Source: Armatimonadota bacterium (GTDB lineage Bacteria; Armatimonadota; HRBIN16). From it: DNA of 64,000 nucleotides. Of this stretch, positions 29,943 to 38,891 are shown piece by piece (position 1 is the first letter of the stretch; each line of letters starts with the position of its first letter). The notes beneath the pieces were generated by a model, which was not told the origin of the DNA, did no database searches, and worked only from the letters and a program-made list of their open reading frames with translations. Both the position numbers and the translations under genes were made by a program. The stretch covers positions 3,136,001 through 3,200,000 of the forward strand of contig OY781964.1 of NCBI GenBank assembly GCA_963677485.1, read 5' to 3'.

Positions 29943-31259
29943 ATGACCGAAGCCTTCATCTCCGACAACGCCGCCGTCCGCCTGTTTTTGGAAGTGATCG
30001 CACTAAAAAACCAGAACGACGAGGCGGTATTATGCTTCTCGCCCGCTGACATCAAGCTGATCGACTACGCTTTGTCTCAGCATGGTAAACAGCCCAGGCA
30101 TCTGCTGAACATGCACAACTATTCCGAAATTGGCATCGACCGGCAAACCGCCGGCGAGCTCGAGGAGCACCTCGCGCAGACCATCGGCCCGATGGACGTG
30201 CTGGGCATCATCAGAGCGCAGTTCGCCAGTTGGACACGGCAGGGCATCAGCCTGCTGCATTACGATGACAAGCAGTATCCTGCCATCTGGCGAGAGCGGC
30301 TGGGCCAAACTGCACCGAAGTTGATATGGTGCGCAGGCAACCTGGAGCTGCTGACCAGCCAGGGGCTGGCCGTGGTGGGCAGCCGTGTGCTGAGCGAGGA
30401 AGAGCAGATCTACGCAAGCCGGCTGGGGCACGAATGCGCCCGCCAGCAGTTGCTGCTTATCAGCGGCTACGCCAGCGGAGCGGACCAACTGGCGATGTTC
30501 GCCGCATTAGATGAGGGTGGTCAGGCGATCGGCATCCTCAGCCAGGGGTTACTCGGCGTGCTGGGGCAAGCTCGGTTGAAGAAGCCGTTGCAAAAAGACC
30601 AATTGCTGCTCATCTCACCCTTCCATCCCAGTGCGGAGTTCCAAGCCGCACAGGCGCTGGCTCGCAACAGGTTGATCTACAGTATGGGCCAGTGGGCGGT
30701 GGCGGTCAGCAGCCGTGCGGGCACCGGCGGCACCTGGCGGGGTGCGCTTGAGTGTATGGTGCAGTCACAGCCGCCTTTATATGTCCGGTGCGACCAGCCG
30801 ATATCGGACGGCAACCAGCGTCTGCTGGAGTTGGGCGCTTTGGAGTTGGATGCAGAGAGTCTGGGGTACGGCGTGAAACTGGCAGACTATCTACAGCGAA
30901 CCGCCGTCGGCTACAAGCCATCTACCGAGGTGGGAGAACTGCTGGCTGAAATCGGCCCGTCCCCCGATGACTTTGACTCGCTGCGCCGTAAACCTGAGCC
31001 GTCAAGCACATCCAAACGCAGCCCGAAACCCGAACCTGAGGAGTTGTCATCCGAGATGTTCAACTCCGCATGGAAGCTGATGGAGCCGCTGCTGGGCGAG
31101 CCATCGACCCCACAGCAGCTTGCCCATGCACTCTCCATCACTCGATCACAGGCGCTCGCCTGGCTGAAGCAGGCCGAAGGTCTTGGAATGGTCAGCCGCA
31201 GCGGCAAACCACCGCGATTCCTGCGCACTCCTGCGCTGTATCGGGAGGAGCCCGATTGA
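29943..31259 (+). CDS. dprA: DNA-processing protein DprA
   Basis: YP..W..RLG..AP, LAVVGSR, ISGYASGAD, ARNRLIY, GGTW.GA; C-terminal wHTH. Confidence 0.88.
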   Translation: MTEAFISDNAAVRLFLEVIALKNQNDEAVLCFSPADIKLIDYALSQHGKQPRHLLNMHNYSEIGIDRQTAGELEEHLAQTIGPMDVLGIIRAQFASWTRQGISLLHYDDKQYPAIWRERLGQTAPKLIWCAGNLELLTSQGLAVVGSRVLSEEEQIYASRLGHECARQQLLLISGYASGADQLAMFAALDEGGQAIGILSQGLLGVLGQARLKKPLQKDQLLLISPFHPSAEFQAAQALARNRLIYSMGQWAVAVSSRAGTGGTWRGALECMVQSQPPLYVRCDQPISDGNQRLLELGALELDAESLGYGVKLADYLQRTAVGYKPSTEVGELLAEIGPSPDDFDSLRRKPEPSSTSKRSPKPEPEELSSEMFNSAWKLMEPLLGEPSTPQQLAHALSITRSQALAWLKQAEGLGMVSRSGKPPRFLRTPALYREEPD

Positions 31260-32416
31260 ACCCCAACAAACATGATGGCATACACGAACTGCCGCCCAGG
31301 GAGTTGATGGCACCCGCCGCGCGCAAGCTGCGTGACATCTACGCGCAGACCCCGGGCGCGCCCATACACCAGCGTGAGTTTGGCTTCTACTGCCTCGAAC
31401 GCTGGTATGAGCAGGGGCTCAGCCGTGATGCCGATCTGGCGGAGCTGTTTGGATATGATCCGCCAGGCCACTTCGACCTGGGCGGGTTGGGGGGCTGCGA
31501 GGCGGCCTTTGTGCCCGCGTTCGAGGAGAAGGTTCTGGAAGACCGCGGCGACTACGAGCTGGTGCAGGACTTCGCCGGACGGCATGTGCTTTGCTTCAAA
31601 GGTCGCCGCAGCGGGTTCATGCCCGAATACATCGACCATCCTGTCAAAGATATGCGAACCTGGGAGGAGCTCTGCGCCTGGCGCATGGAGCTCGATACCC
31701 CCGAACGATGGATCGGCTTCGACGCGAAGATGCAGCAGGCGATATCCGCAGCGGGGCAGGGGCTGATGATCATGGAGCTGCTGACCGGCGGATATATGTA
31801 TCTACGCAGCCTGGTTGGTCCGGAAGGCATCCTCTACGCCTTCTACGACATGCCTGAGGTGGTCCACGCTTGTATGCGGCAGTGGCTCAAGCTGGCGGAT
31901 GGCGTGATTGCCCGGTACCAGCAGCACGTCACTCTGGACATCTTGTTCCTGTCTGAGGATATTTGCTACAACCACGGCCTGCTCTGCTCACCGGAGATGA
32001 TGAAGCAGTTTCTGCTGCCGTATTATCAGCAGTTGATCCGCAACATCCGCTCACGGCAGATCGACAAGCGCCGGCACCTGTTCATCCAGGTCGATACCGA
32101 TGGCGATGCCCGCGCGGCGATCCCAGTCTATCAGCAGCACATCGGAATGGACGCGATGGCCCCGTTTGAGGTGGCCAGCGGCTGCGACGTGGTGGAAATC
32201 GGCAGGCAGTATCCTGAGCTGATCATGCTGGGTGGGATCGACAAGCGCGTGTTGGCCCAGGGCACAGAGCAGATCGATCGCATGGTTGACCGCATCATCC
32301 CGGCGATGCGCGAGCGCGGTGGATACATCCCCACCTGCGACCACGGCGTGCCTGAGGAAGTCAGTTTGACGAACTACCTGCACTTTCGTAAACGCTGTTT
32401 AGAGCTTGGCGGATAG
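31256..32416 (+). CDS. Uroporphyrinogen decarboxylase (URO-D/MtaA) family protein, copy 1
   Basis: EDICYNHG, VDTDGD, PFEVASG, GGIDKR, GGYIPTCDHGVP; TTG start after GGAGGAG, overlapping the dprA stop. Confidence 0.85.
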   Translation: MNPNKHDGIHELPPRELMAPAARKLRDIYAQTPGAPIHQREFGFYCLERWYEQGLSRDADLAELFGYDPPGHFDLGGLGGCEAAFVPAFEEKVLEDRGDYELVQDFAGRHVLCFKGRRSGFMPEYIDHPVKDMRTWEELCAWRMELDTPERWIGFDAKMQQAISAAGQGLMIMELLTGGYMYLRSLVGPEGILYAFYDMPEVVHACMRQWLKLADGVIARYQQHVTLDILFLSEDICYNHGLLCSPEMMKQFLLPYYQQLIRNIRSRQIDKRRHLFIQVDTDGDARAAIPVYQQHIGMDAMAPFEVASGCDVVEIGRQYPELIMLGGIDKRVLAQGTEQIDRMVDRIIPAMRERGGYIPTCDHGVPEEVSLTNYLHFRKRCLELGG

Positions 32417-32525
32417 ACCACAGCCAGCTTGATCCGATTTAGATATGATTCGTGCGGAATAGTGCATGTATAATCACACTGAACATCCGTAATATGCATA
32501 TCAGACCGTAAATCTGGAGGCCATA

Positions 32526-33689
32526 ATGGATCAGACATCTCAGCCCGATGGAATTCACCAGCTTTTACCACGAGAGCTGATGACCGAAGCCGCCCGTAAA
32601 GAACGCGATATCTACGCCCGAACCCCTGGAGCACCCATCCACCAGCGCGAATTTGGATTCTACAGCCTGGAACGCTGGTATGAAGACGGACTTGACCGCA
32701 ACACCGACCTGGGCAAGCTGTTCGGATTCGACCCGGCGGGGGAGTATAGCCTGGGTTCACTGGGATGGTGCGAGGCCGGTTTCTCGCCCTGCTTTGAGGA
32801 TAAGGTGATTGAGGACCGCGGCGATTACGAGCTGGTGCAGGACTTCGCCGGACGCCACGTGCTCTATTTCAAGGGCCGACGCTCTGGATTCATGCCAGAA
32901 TATGTCGACCACCCCGTTAAGGACATGCGCACCTGGGAAGAGCTGTGCGCCTGGCGCATGAACCCCGACGACCCCGCACGCTGGGTGGATTTCGATGACC
33001 GAATGGCGACCGCCAAAACGTGCGCTGGCCAGGGGCTGATGATCTTCCAGAACCTGGTGGGCGGGTATATGTATCTGCGTAGCCTGATCGGGCCTGAGGG
33101 CATCTTATACGCCTTCTACGATATGCCCGAGGTGGTTCACGCGTGTATGCAGCAATGGCTCAAGCTGGCTGACGCCGTCATAGCGCGGCATCAGCAGCAT
33201 GTCACCATCGATGTGTTCTATCTGGCGGAGGATATCTGCTACAACCACGGGCTGCTCTGCTCCCCTAACACCATGAAGGAGTTCCTGCTGCCTTATTACC
33301 AGCAGTTGATCCGCAACATTCGTAATCGGCAGATTGACAAGGACCGCCACCTGTATATCCAGGTCGATACCGATGGTGATGCCCGGGCCGCCTTGCCGGT
33401 CTACAAAGAACACATCGGCCTGGATGTGATGACCCCCTTCGAGGTGGCCAGCAACTGCGACGTGGTGGAGATCGGCAAGCAGCATCCAGATATCGCATTG
33501 TTAGGCGGTATCGACAAACGCGAACTGGCCAAAGGTCCTGAGGCCATTGACCGCATAGTCGACCGCATTATCCCAACCATGCGCGCCCGTGGCGGATACA
33601 TCCCCACCTGTGACCACGGTGTGCCTGAGGAAGTCAGCCTGGAGAACTACATGCACTATCGCAAGCGGTGCCTTGAACTCGGCGGGTAA
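32526..33689 (+). CDS. Uroporphyrinogen decarboxylase family protein, copy 2 (tandem paralog)
   Basis: Same motifs; long identical peptide stretches shared with the upstream copy. Confidence 0.88.
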   Translation: MDQTSQPDGIHQLLPRELMTEAARKERDIYARTPGAPIHQREFGFYSLERWYEDGLDRNTDLGKLFGFDPAGEYSLGSLGWCEAGFSPCFEDKVIEDRGDYELVQDFAGRHVLYFKGRRSGFMPEYVDHPVKDMRTWEELCAWRMNPDDPARWVDFDDRMATAKTCAGQGLMIFQNLVGGYMYLRSLIGPEGILYAFYDMPEVVHACMQQWLKLADAVIARHQQHVTIDVFYLAEDICYNHGLLCSPNTMKEFLLPYYQQLIRNIRNRQIDKDRHLYIQVDTDGDARAALPVYKEHIGLDVMTPFEVASNCDVVEIGKQHPDIALLGGIDKRELAKGPEAIDRIVDRIIPTMRARGGYIPTCDHGVPEEVSLENYMHYRKRCLELGG

Positions 33690-33807
33690 GCCCTCGTATA
33701 GGTTAGAATAGATTCAGCCGGAGCCAATAGTCTGGCGTATAACCAGCCGAAGGTAGCCGGCTGACCGCTTTTTATGTTCACAATATCTCGCCGTATAGGA
33801 GTTTTCC

Positions 33808-35775
33808 ATGAGAAGATCGATCTTGGCTTTGCTTCTGGGTGCCATGCTGGCATCCTCTGCAACGCAAGCCGCCGTACGCGATATTTACCCAGATACCTGG
33901 GTAGCGACCGATGGGGTTGGGCGCAGCATGCCTTCTGTGAAGCAAGTCGGCCCCGTGAAGAAAGACCAGACCCGCGTGGTGGGCATCTTTTACATCACCT
34001 GGCACAGCGACAGTAATCATCAAAAACAAACCTACACCGCTGATGTGGCCTCCATCTACCGAAAGGACCCAAATGCACGGCTGGACGGCAAGAACCCCTT
34101 GTGGAAAGACGGCAGTTACCACTGGGGCGAGCCCGAAACGGGTTATTTCCTGAGCAAGGACGAATATGTGATCCGCAAAGATATGTCTATGCTGGCCGAT
34201 GCCGGTGTGGATGTGCTGATCATGGACGTGACAAATGCGGTGCGCTACTGGGATGAGTGGTCAGTGGTGTTCCCCGTGATGCAGAAAATGAAGGCCGAAG
34301 GCAACAAAGTGCCCAAGTTCTGCTTCTGGGCGTTCAACGGCCCCTGCATCACCGTGGTTCAAGACCTGTATGACAAAATCTACAAAGAAAACAAGTATAA
34401 AGACCTGTGGTTCTACTGGCAGGGCAAACCGCTGATTTTATGGAACGGCAGCCCCTCCGTGGATGCCAATGGAGCGGGGATTCAGAACCCGAACCTCTAC
34501 TATGATGCCAAGGCGAAGACAGACAAGAACCACCCGCACTACGGCGATCCTAAGTATACCACGGAGTTCCTCACCGACTACCCGGATGAGATCAAAAACT
34601 TCTTCACCTCACGCACGATGTGGTGGGGATACCACATGTGGGCAGGCAAGCGCTTTGTAGGCACCGAGGACAACTGGAGCTTCGGCTACCAGTTGCACGA
34701 CCCTGCAGTGCTGAACATGAACCCCAATGACCTGGTGTCCACACACAAGGGCAAGAAGGAAGAGGCGGCGGTCACCCCCTCGCAGCACCCTATGAGCATG
34801 GTAGGTAAAACCTGGAGCCGCGAAGCGGGTGAGCCCGAATTGAATGAGTACGATGTGCCCGGAAGAGCACTGGTGCCCTGGCTGGGCAAGACCGTGAAGA
34901 ACCCGATGGACTACGGCATCTACTTCCAGCAGCGATGGGATGAGGCGATAGCCGCCAACCCGCAGTTTATGTACATCAACGACTGGAACGAGTGGACCGC
35001 CGGAAAGTATCCCACTACCGGTGATTTCATGCGCCGCAAGAGCGACTACTTCTTTGTGGACCAGTATAACCCCGAATTCAACCGCTGTGTGCAGCCCATG
35101 AAGGGCGGTTACACCGACAACTACTACATGCAGATGGCGCAGAACATCCGCAAGTATAAGGGCATCCGGCCCATCCCCACCAACCGCGGCATCCATCCTG
35201 TGAGTATCAATGGCCGCTTCAACGACTGGAGCACCGTGCGTGTGGAGTATCGTGACACCATCGGCGATGTCTTCCACCGCAACTACCCAGGATACGGTGA
35301 GCCGGACTACACCAACGATTCTGGCCGTAACGACATCACCACCAGCAAAGTGGCGATGGATGAGAAGAACGTGTATTTCTATGCACAGACCGCTCAGCCG
35401 TTGACCGCCTGCACCGACCCCAACTGGATGCTGCTGATGATCGACGCCGACCAGAACCCCGATACTGGCTGGTATGGGTATGATTACATCATCAACAAGC
35501 AGGTTCTGAGCACCGGGAAGACGACGCTCAGTAAATACGTCCCCGGCAGCGACCAGCCTTGGCAGGTGGTTTCTGAGCTCAGCTACCGAGCCGAGTGGGA
35601 CAAGCTGGAGATCGCGGTACCCCGCGCTCTGCTTGGCCTGAAGGGCGATTCTGCCAGCTTGGACTTCAAGTGGGCCGACAACCCGGCCGACCTGAAGGAC
35701 CCCATTTCGCTCTGCCTCAACGGCGACACCGCCCCCAACCGGCGGTTCGCCTACCGGTATGTCTGGGCGAAGTAG
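33808..35775 (+). CDS. Secreted putative glycoside hydrolase (GH99/GH71-like)
   Basis: Signal peptide, VGIFYITWH, HWGEP..GY, AGVD...DVTN, WNEWTA, FVDQYN.EFNR. Confidence 0.6.
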   Translation: MRRSILALLLGAMLASSATQAAVRDIYPDTWVATDGVGRSMPSVKQVGPVKKDQTRVVGIFYITWHSDSNHQKQTYTADVASIYRKDPNARLDGKNPLWKDGSYHWGEPETGYFLSKDEYVIRKDMSMLADAGVDVLIMDVTNAVRYWDEWSVVFPVMQKMKAEGNKVPKFCFWAFNGPCITVVQDLYDKIYKENKYKDLWFYWQGKPLILWNGSPSVDANGAGIQNPNLYYDAKAKTDKNHPHYGDPKYTTEFLTDYPDEIKNFFTSRTMWWGYHMWAGKRFVGTEDNWSFGYQLHDPAVLNMNPNDLVSTHKGKKEEAAVTPSQHPMSMVGKTWSREAGEPELNEYDVPGRALVPWLGKTVKNPMDYGIYFQQRWDEAIAANPQFMYINDWNEWTAGKYPTTGDFMRRKSDYFFVDQYNPEFNRCVQPMKGGYTDNYYMQMAQNIRKYKGIRPIPTNRGIHPVSINGRFNDWSTVRVEYRDTIGDVFHRNYPGYGEPDYTNDSGRNDITTSKVAMDEKNVYFYAQTAQPLTACTDPNWMLLMIDADQNPDTGWYGYDYIINKQVLSTGKTTLSKYVPGSDQPWQVVSELSYRAEWDKLEIAVPRALLGLKGDSASLDFKWADNPADLKDPISLCLNGDTAPNRRFAYRYVWAK

Positions 35776-35789
35776 GGAAAACTGCCAAA

Positions 35790-35823
35790 CAGTTGTGTCA
35801 CTTGCGGGCAAGTGACACAACTG
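35790..35823. other. Perfect 16-bp-arm palindrome at the left edge of the defence-remnant patch
   Basis: CAGTTGTGTCACTTGC-GG-GCAAGTGACACAACTG. Confidence 0.7.
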
Positions 35824-35855
35824 CCGTGACTGCTGACAGGAAGGACACGTTTGAT

Positions 35856-36449
35856 ATGAGGCCAGTGCGGATATTTATCAGCAGTGTGCAGAAGGAATTT
35901 GCACAGGAGCGGATTACCCTGCGGAACTATCTGCGTGATGACCCGCTGATCGCAGACAAGTCACAGGTCAAGTCACAGGACAAGTCACAGGACAAGTCAC
36001 AGGACAAGTCACAGGACAAGTCACAGGACAAGTCACGGATCAAGTCACAGGTCAAGTCACAGGACAAGTCACAGGACAAGTCACAGGACAAGTCACAGGA
36101 CAAGTCACAGGACAAGTCACGGATCAAGTCACAGGTGAAGTCACAGGTCAAGTCACAGGACAAGTCACAGGACAAGTCACGGATCAAGTCACAGGTGAAG
36201 TCACAGGTGAAGTCACAGGTGAAGTCACTAAGCTGGTAATAGTCTACCATACTCCAATGACTCGGAAAAAATATCCAATTAGCACTTGCATTAAAAGGGG
36301 AAGCCAATTTCAGAGACTTGTACTTAACTCCTGCACTGGAAGCGGGATATATTGAGATGACCATTCCCAATAAGCCCAACAGTCGTTTGCAGAGATATCG
36401 GTTAACAGATAAAGGAATCGTGTTGCGGAAGAGGCTAACCAATCAATGA
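35856..36449 (+). pseudogene. Remnant of a DUF4062 ... Fic-like C-terminal wHTH gene (internal deletion, out of frame)
   Basis: N-terminus MRPVRIFISSVQKEFAQER; in another frame (VTGQ)n-VTKL...FRDLYLTPALEAGYIEMTIPNKPNSRLQRYRLTDKG*. Confidence 0.7.
35957..36228 (+). repeat. 12-bp tandem repeat, ~23 units (CAAGTCACAGGA and variants)
   Basis: Directly visible; variants ...GGT, ...CGGAT, GAAG... Confidence 0.97.
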
Positions 36450-36728
36450 TGACAGTTGGACATTCTGAGCGAGCCACGCAGGACCGTGTGATCAAGCTGT
36501 TTGGCGAGCAACTTGGCTTCCGCTATCTGGGTGACTGGACATTCTGAGCTGGCATCTTTGCTTTCAGATATGGATACTGAAATCGACGTGCTGGTGAGAA
36601 AGCGCGGCAAATCAATGGTGCTTCGCACCGCCCGCAGCGGCACCCACGCCGGATCACAGTTCTGGGGATGTACAAGCTACCCGTCATGCAAAGGTACAAG
36701 GCCGTTCGACGGCAGCAGTCCGCCATGA
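36446..36728 (+). pseudogene. Chimeric fragments: HsdR N-terminus, HsdS-like C-terminal helix, topoisomerase C4 Zn-ribbon
   Basis: MTVGHSERATQDRVIKLFGEQLGFRYLGDW; LASLLSDMDTEIDVL; MVLRTAR.G..AGSQFWGCTSYPSCKG. Confidence 0.6.
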
Positions 36729-36827
36729 AAACTGGCGGTATTAGCCACCCCACCCCTCCCCAATTTGGCCCGAAAAGGGCATAATACAAGTGTTATTACT
36801 ATCTACCGCGGGTAAAGGAGCTTCCAA

Positions 36828-37826
36828 ATGATTGATGTAGCCATTTGCGGGTTTGGCGCACTGGGACACGTCCACGCTGACTCGTTAGCTGGGTTCGACG
36901 ATGTGTGCGTTAAGGCTGTTTGCGATATCGACCCCGATAAGCTGACCATGCAGCAGGTCGCTTTCAACATCGACGCTGGTGAGTGCAAGTTCGACATCTC
37001 CGGCAGCACCACCTACACCGACTATGCCACCATGCTGACTCACGAAAAGCTGGACGCGGTGGTGCTGGCGGTTCCTACCGATCTGCATGCCCCATTCGCC
37101 ATCATGGCCATGGAAAAGGGCATCAGCGCCTTCAGTGAAAAGCCGATGTCCATCACCGTGGAAAACTGCCACCACATGATCGCTGCCCGCGACAAGAACA
37201 ATGTGCAGTTGGTGGTGGGGCAGTGCCTGCGCTTCTGGGGCGAATATGAGTATCTGAAAGCTTCTATCGATGATGGCCGTTACGGCAAGCTCCGCTCGCT
37301 GCATATGGAGCGCATGGGCAATGCGCACAGTCTGTCGCCGTGGTTCCTTGACCATCACCGTTCTGGCGGCGCTCTGCTTGATCTGCATGTTCACGATGTG
37401 GACTGGGTGAACTCAGCCCTGGGCAAGCCCCAAAGAATTGATGCCGTGGGACACATCGGGATCACCGGTGGAGTGGATGATCTGCTGTCGGTGTGGGAAT
37501 ACGAGGACACGACGGTTTCGATCGTGGGCAGTTGGATGTATCATGGCGGGTTCCGGATGCAGTATCGGGCAAACTTCGATGATGCCACGCTGGAATACAG
37601 CATCCATACCAACCCAACCCTGTCAGAATGCAGACTCGGTGCAGAACCTAAGGCGATCGAAGTCGATACCGCTTCGGCTTACACGAAAGAGATGCGGTAT
37701 TTCCTTGACTGCGTGAGCAAGGGGCAGCAAAACGACAAAATCAAGGCCGAAAGCACATGTGAGAGCATCGCACTGGCCCTGGAAGAACAGCGTATCGTCA
37801 TCAGCAAAATGGGGAACAGCGACTAA
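36828..37826 (+). CDS. Gfo/Idh/MocA family oxidoreductase
   Basis: GFGALG, PTDLH, SEKPM, GGALLDLHVHDVD. Confidence 0.9.
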   Translation: MIDVAICGFGALGHVHADSLAGFDDVCVKAVCDIDPDKLTMQQVAFNIDAGECKFDISGSTTYTDYATMLTHEKLDAVVLAVPTDLHAPFAIMAMEKGISAFSEKPMSITVENCHHMIAARDKNNVQLVVGQCLRFWGEYEYLKASIDDGRYGKLRSLHMERMGNAHSLSPWFLDHHRSGGALLDLHVHDVDWVNSALGKPQRIDAVGHIGITGGVDDLLSVWEYEDTTVSIVGSWMYHGGFRMQYRANFDDATLEYSIHTNPTLSECRLGAEPKAIEVDTASAYTKEMRYFLDCVSKGQQNDKIKAESTCESIALALEEQRIVISKMGNSD

Positions 37827-38645
37827 ATGGACATTGGCGTGATCAACACACTTTCAGACGGCGGCCGTTGCTTCGATATGATGAAGCAGCTCGACCTGCA
37901 CGTCTGCCAGCTCTCCTGCTGGGATGGCCGCATGGCCACCAAGGAGATAGCGCAGACCGTGGTGAAGGAGGCTTCCGCCGCCAACGTGCGCATCTGTGCG
38001 GTGTGGGCTGGCTGGCCTCCGCCCGCCGAGTGGAACTTCACTGCAGGGCCGGTCACGCTGGGCATCGTGCCAGCGCAGTATCGGCAGGAGCGTCTGAAAG
38101 CGCTGAAGCAGTGGGCGGACTTCGCGGTATGGATCGGTGCTCCCGCCATCATCACACATTGCGGCTTCATCCCCGAGGACATGACCTCGCCGGAGTATCC
38201 GCCTGTGGTGGCGGCCATCAAGGATATCGCTGAATACTGTGAAGAGCGTGGTATCGGCTTCTGGTTTGAAACCGGTCAGGAGACCCCCGTCGTGCTGCTG
38301 CGCACCATCGAGAAGGTGGGCACCAACAACATGGGTATTAACCTGGACCCCGCCAACCTGATCATGTATGGCAAGGCAAACCCGATTGACGCGTTGGATG
38401 TGTTCGGCCGATATGTGCGAAACATCCATGTGAAAGACGGGATGTATCCCACCAATGGTGACCAACTGGGCATCGAGGTTCCGGCCGGTCAGGGCAAGGT
38501 TCGCTACCCGGAGTTCATCGCCAGCCTGCAGCGGATCGGCTTCGACGGTGACCTCATCATCGAACGCGAGATCTCAGGCGAAGAGCAGATCAGGGACATC
38601 AAAAAGACGATGGCCGATCTGGTCGCCTGGCAGAAATTGGGGTAG
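37827..38645 (+). CDS. Sugar phosphate isomerase/epimerase
   Basis: FETGQE, NLDPAN, IHVKDG, IERE motifs. Confidence 0.88.
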   Translation: MDIGVINTLSDGGRCFDMMKQLDLHVCQLSCWDGRMATKEIAQTVVKEASAANVRICAVWAGWPPPAEWNFTAGPVTLGIVPAQYRQERLKALKQWADFAVWIGAPAIITHCGFIPEDMTSPEYPPVVAAIKDIAEYCEERGIGFWFETGQETPVVLLRTIEKVGTNNMGINLDPANLIMYGKANPIDALDVFGRYVRNIHVKDGMYPTNGDQLGIEVPAGQGKVRYPEFIASLQRIGFDGDLIIEREISGEEQIRDIKKTMADLVAWQKLG

Positions 38646-38712
38646 GGGTTACCCGTATCTATACCGCGTCCTTTAGGGCGCGGGGGTTAGTATACGATTA
38701 ATAAATAACTAG

Positions 38713-38799
38713 CCGTAGGGGCGTCCCTTGTGGGCGCCCTAAAACAAAAACCATCGAATGAACAACATTTAGGGCCACCACAAGGGTGGCCCCTACGAC
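38713..38799. repeat. REPIN-like doublet, inverted homolog of 15302-15391
   Basis: GTAGGGGCGTCCCTTGTGGGCGCCC ... GGGCCACCACAAGGGTGGCCCCTAC. Confidence 0.8.
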
Positions 38800-38891
38800 A
38801 GTATCAGTTACAGCCTGGGCTGCCGTGTCAGCACGGGCAGATTCTAGGTAGTAACTAGCCGGTGCCGCAATAAGGGTGATTAAGGGTGGGG

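Noticed and set aside
35957-36228. Possible CRISPR array
   Set aside because: Contiguous 12-bp units with no unique spacers, and no cas genes in the window.
35927-36442. Minus-strand Cys-rich (CDLS)n ORF as a metal-binding protein
   Set aside because: It is the antisense reading of the VNTR; the plus-strand frames match recognisable motifs.
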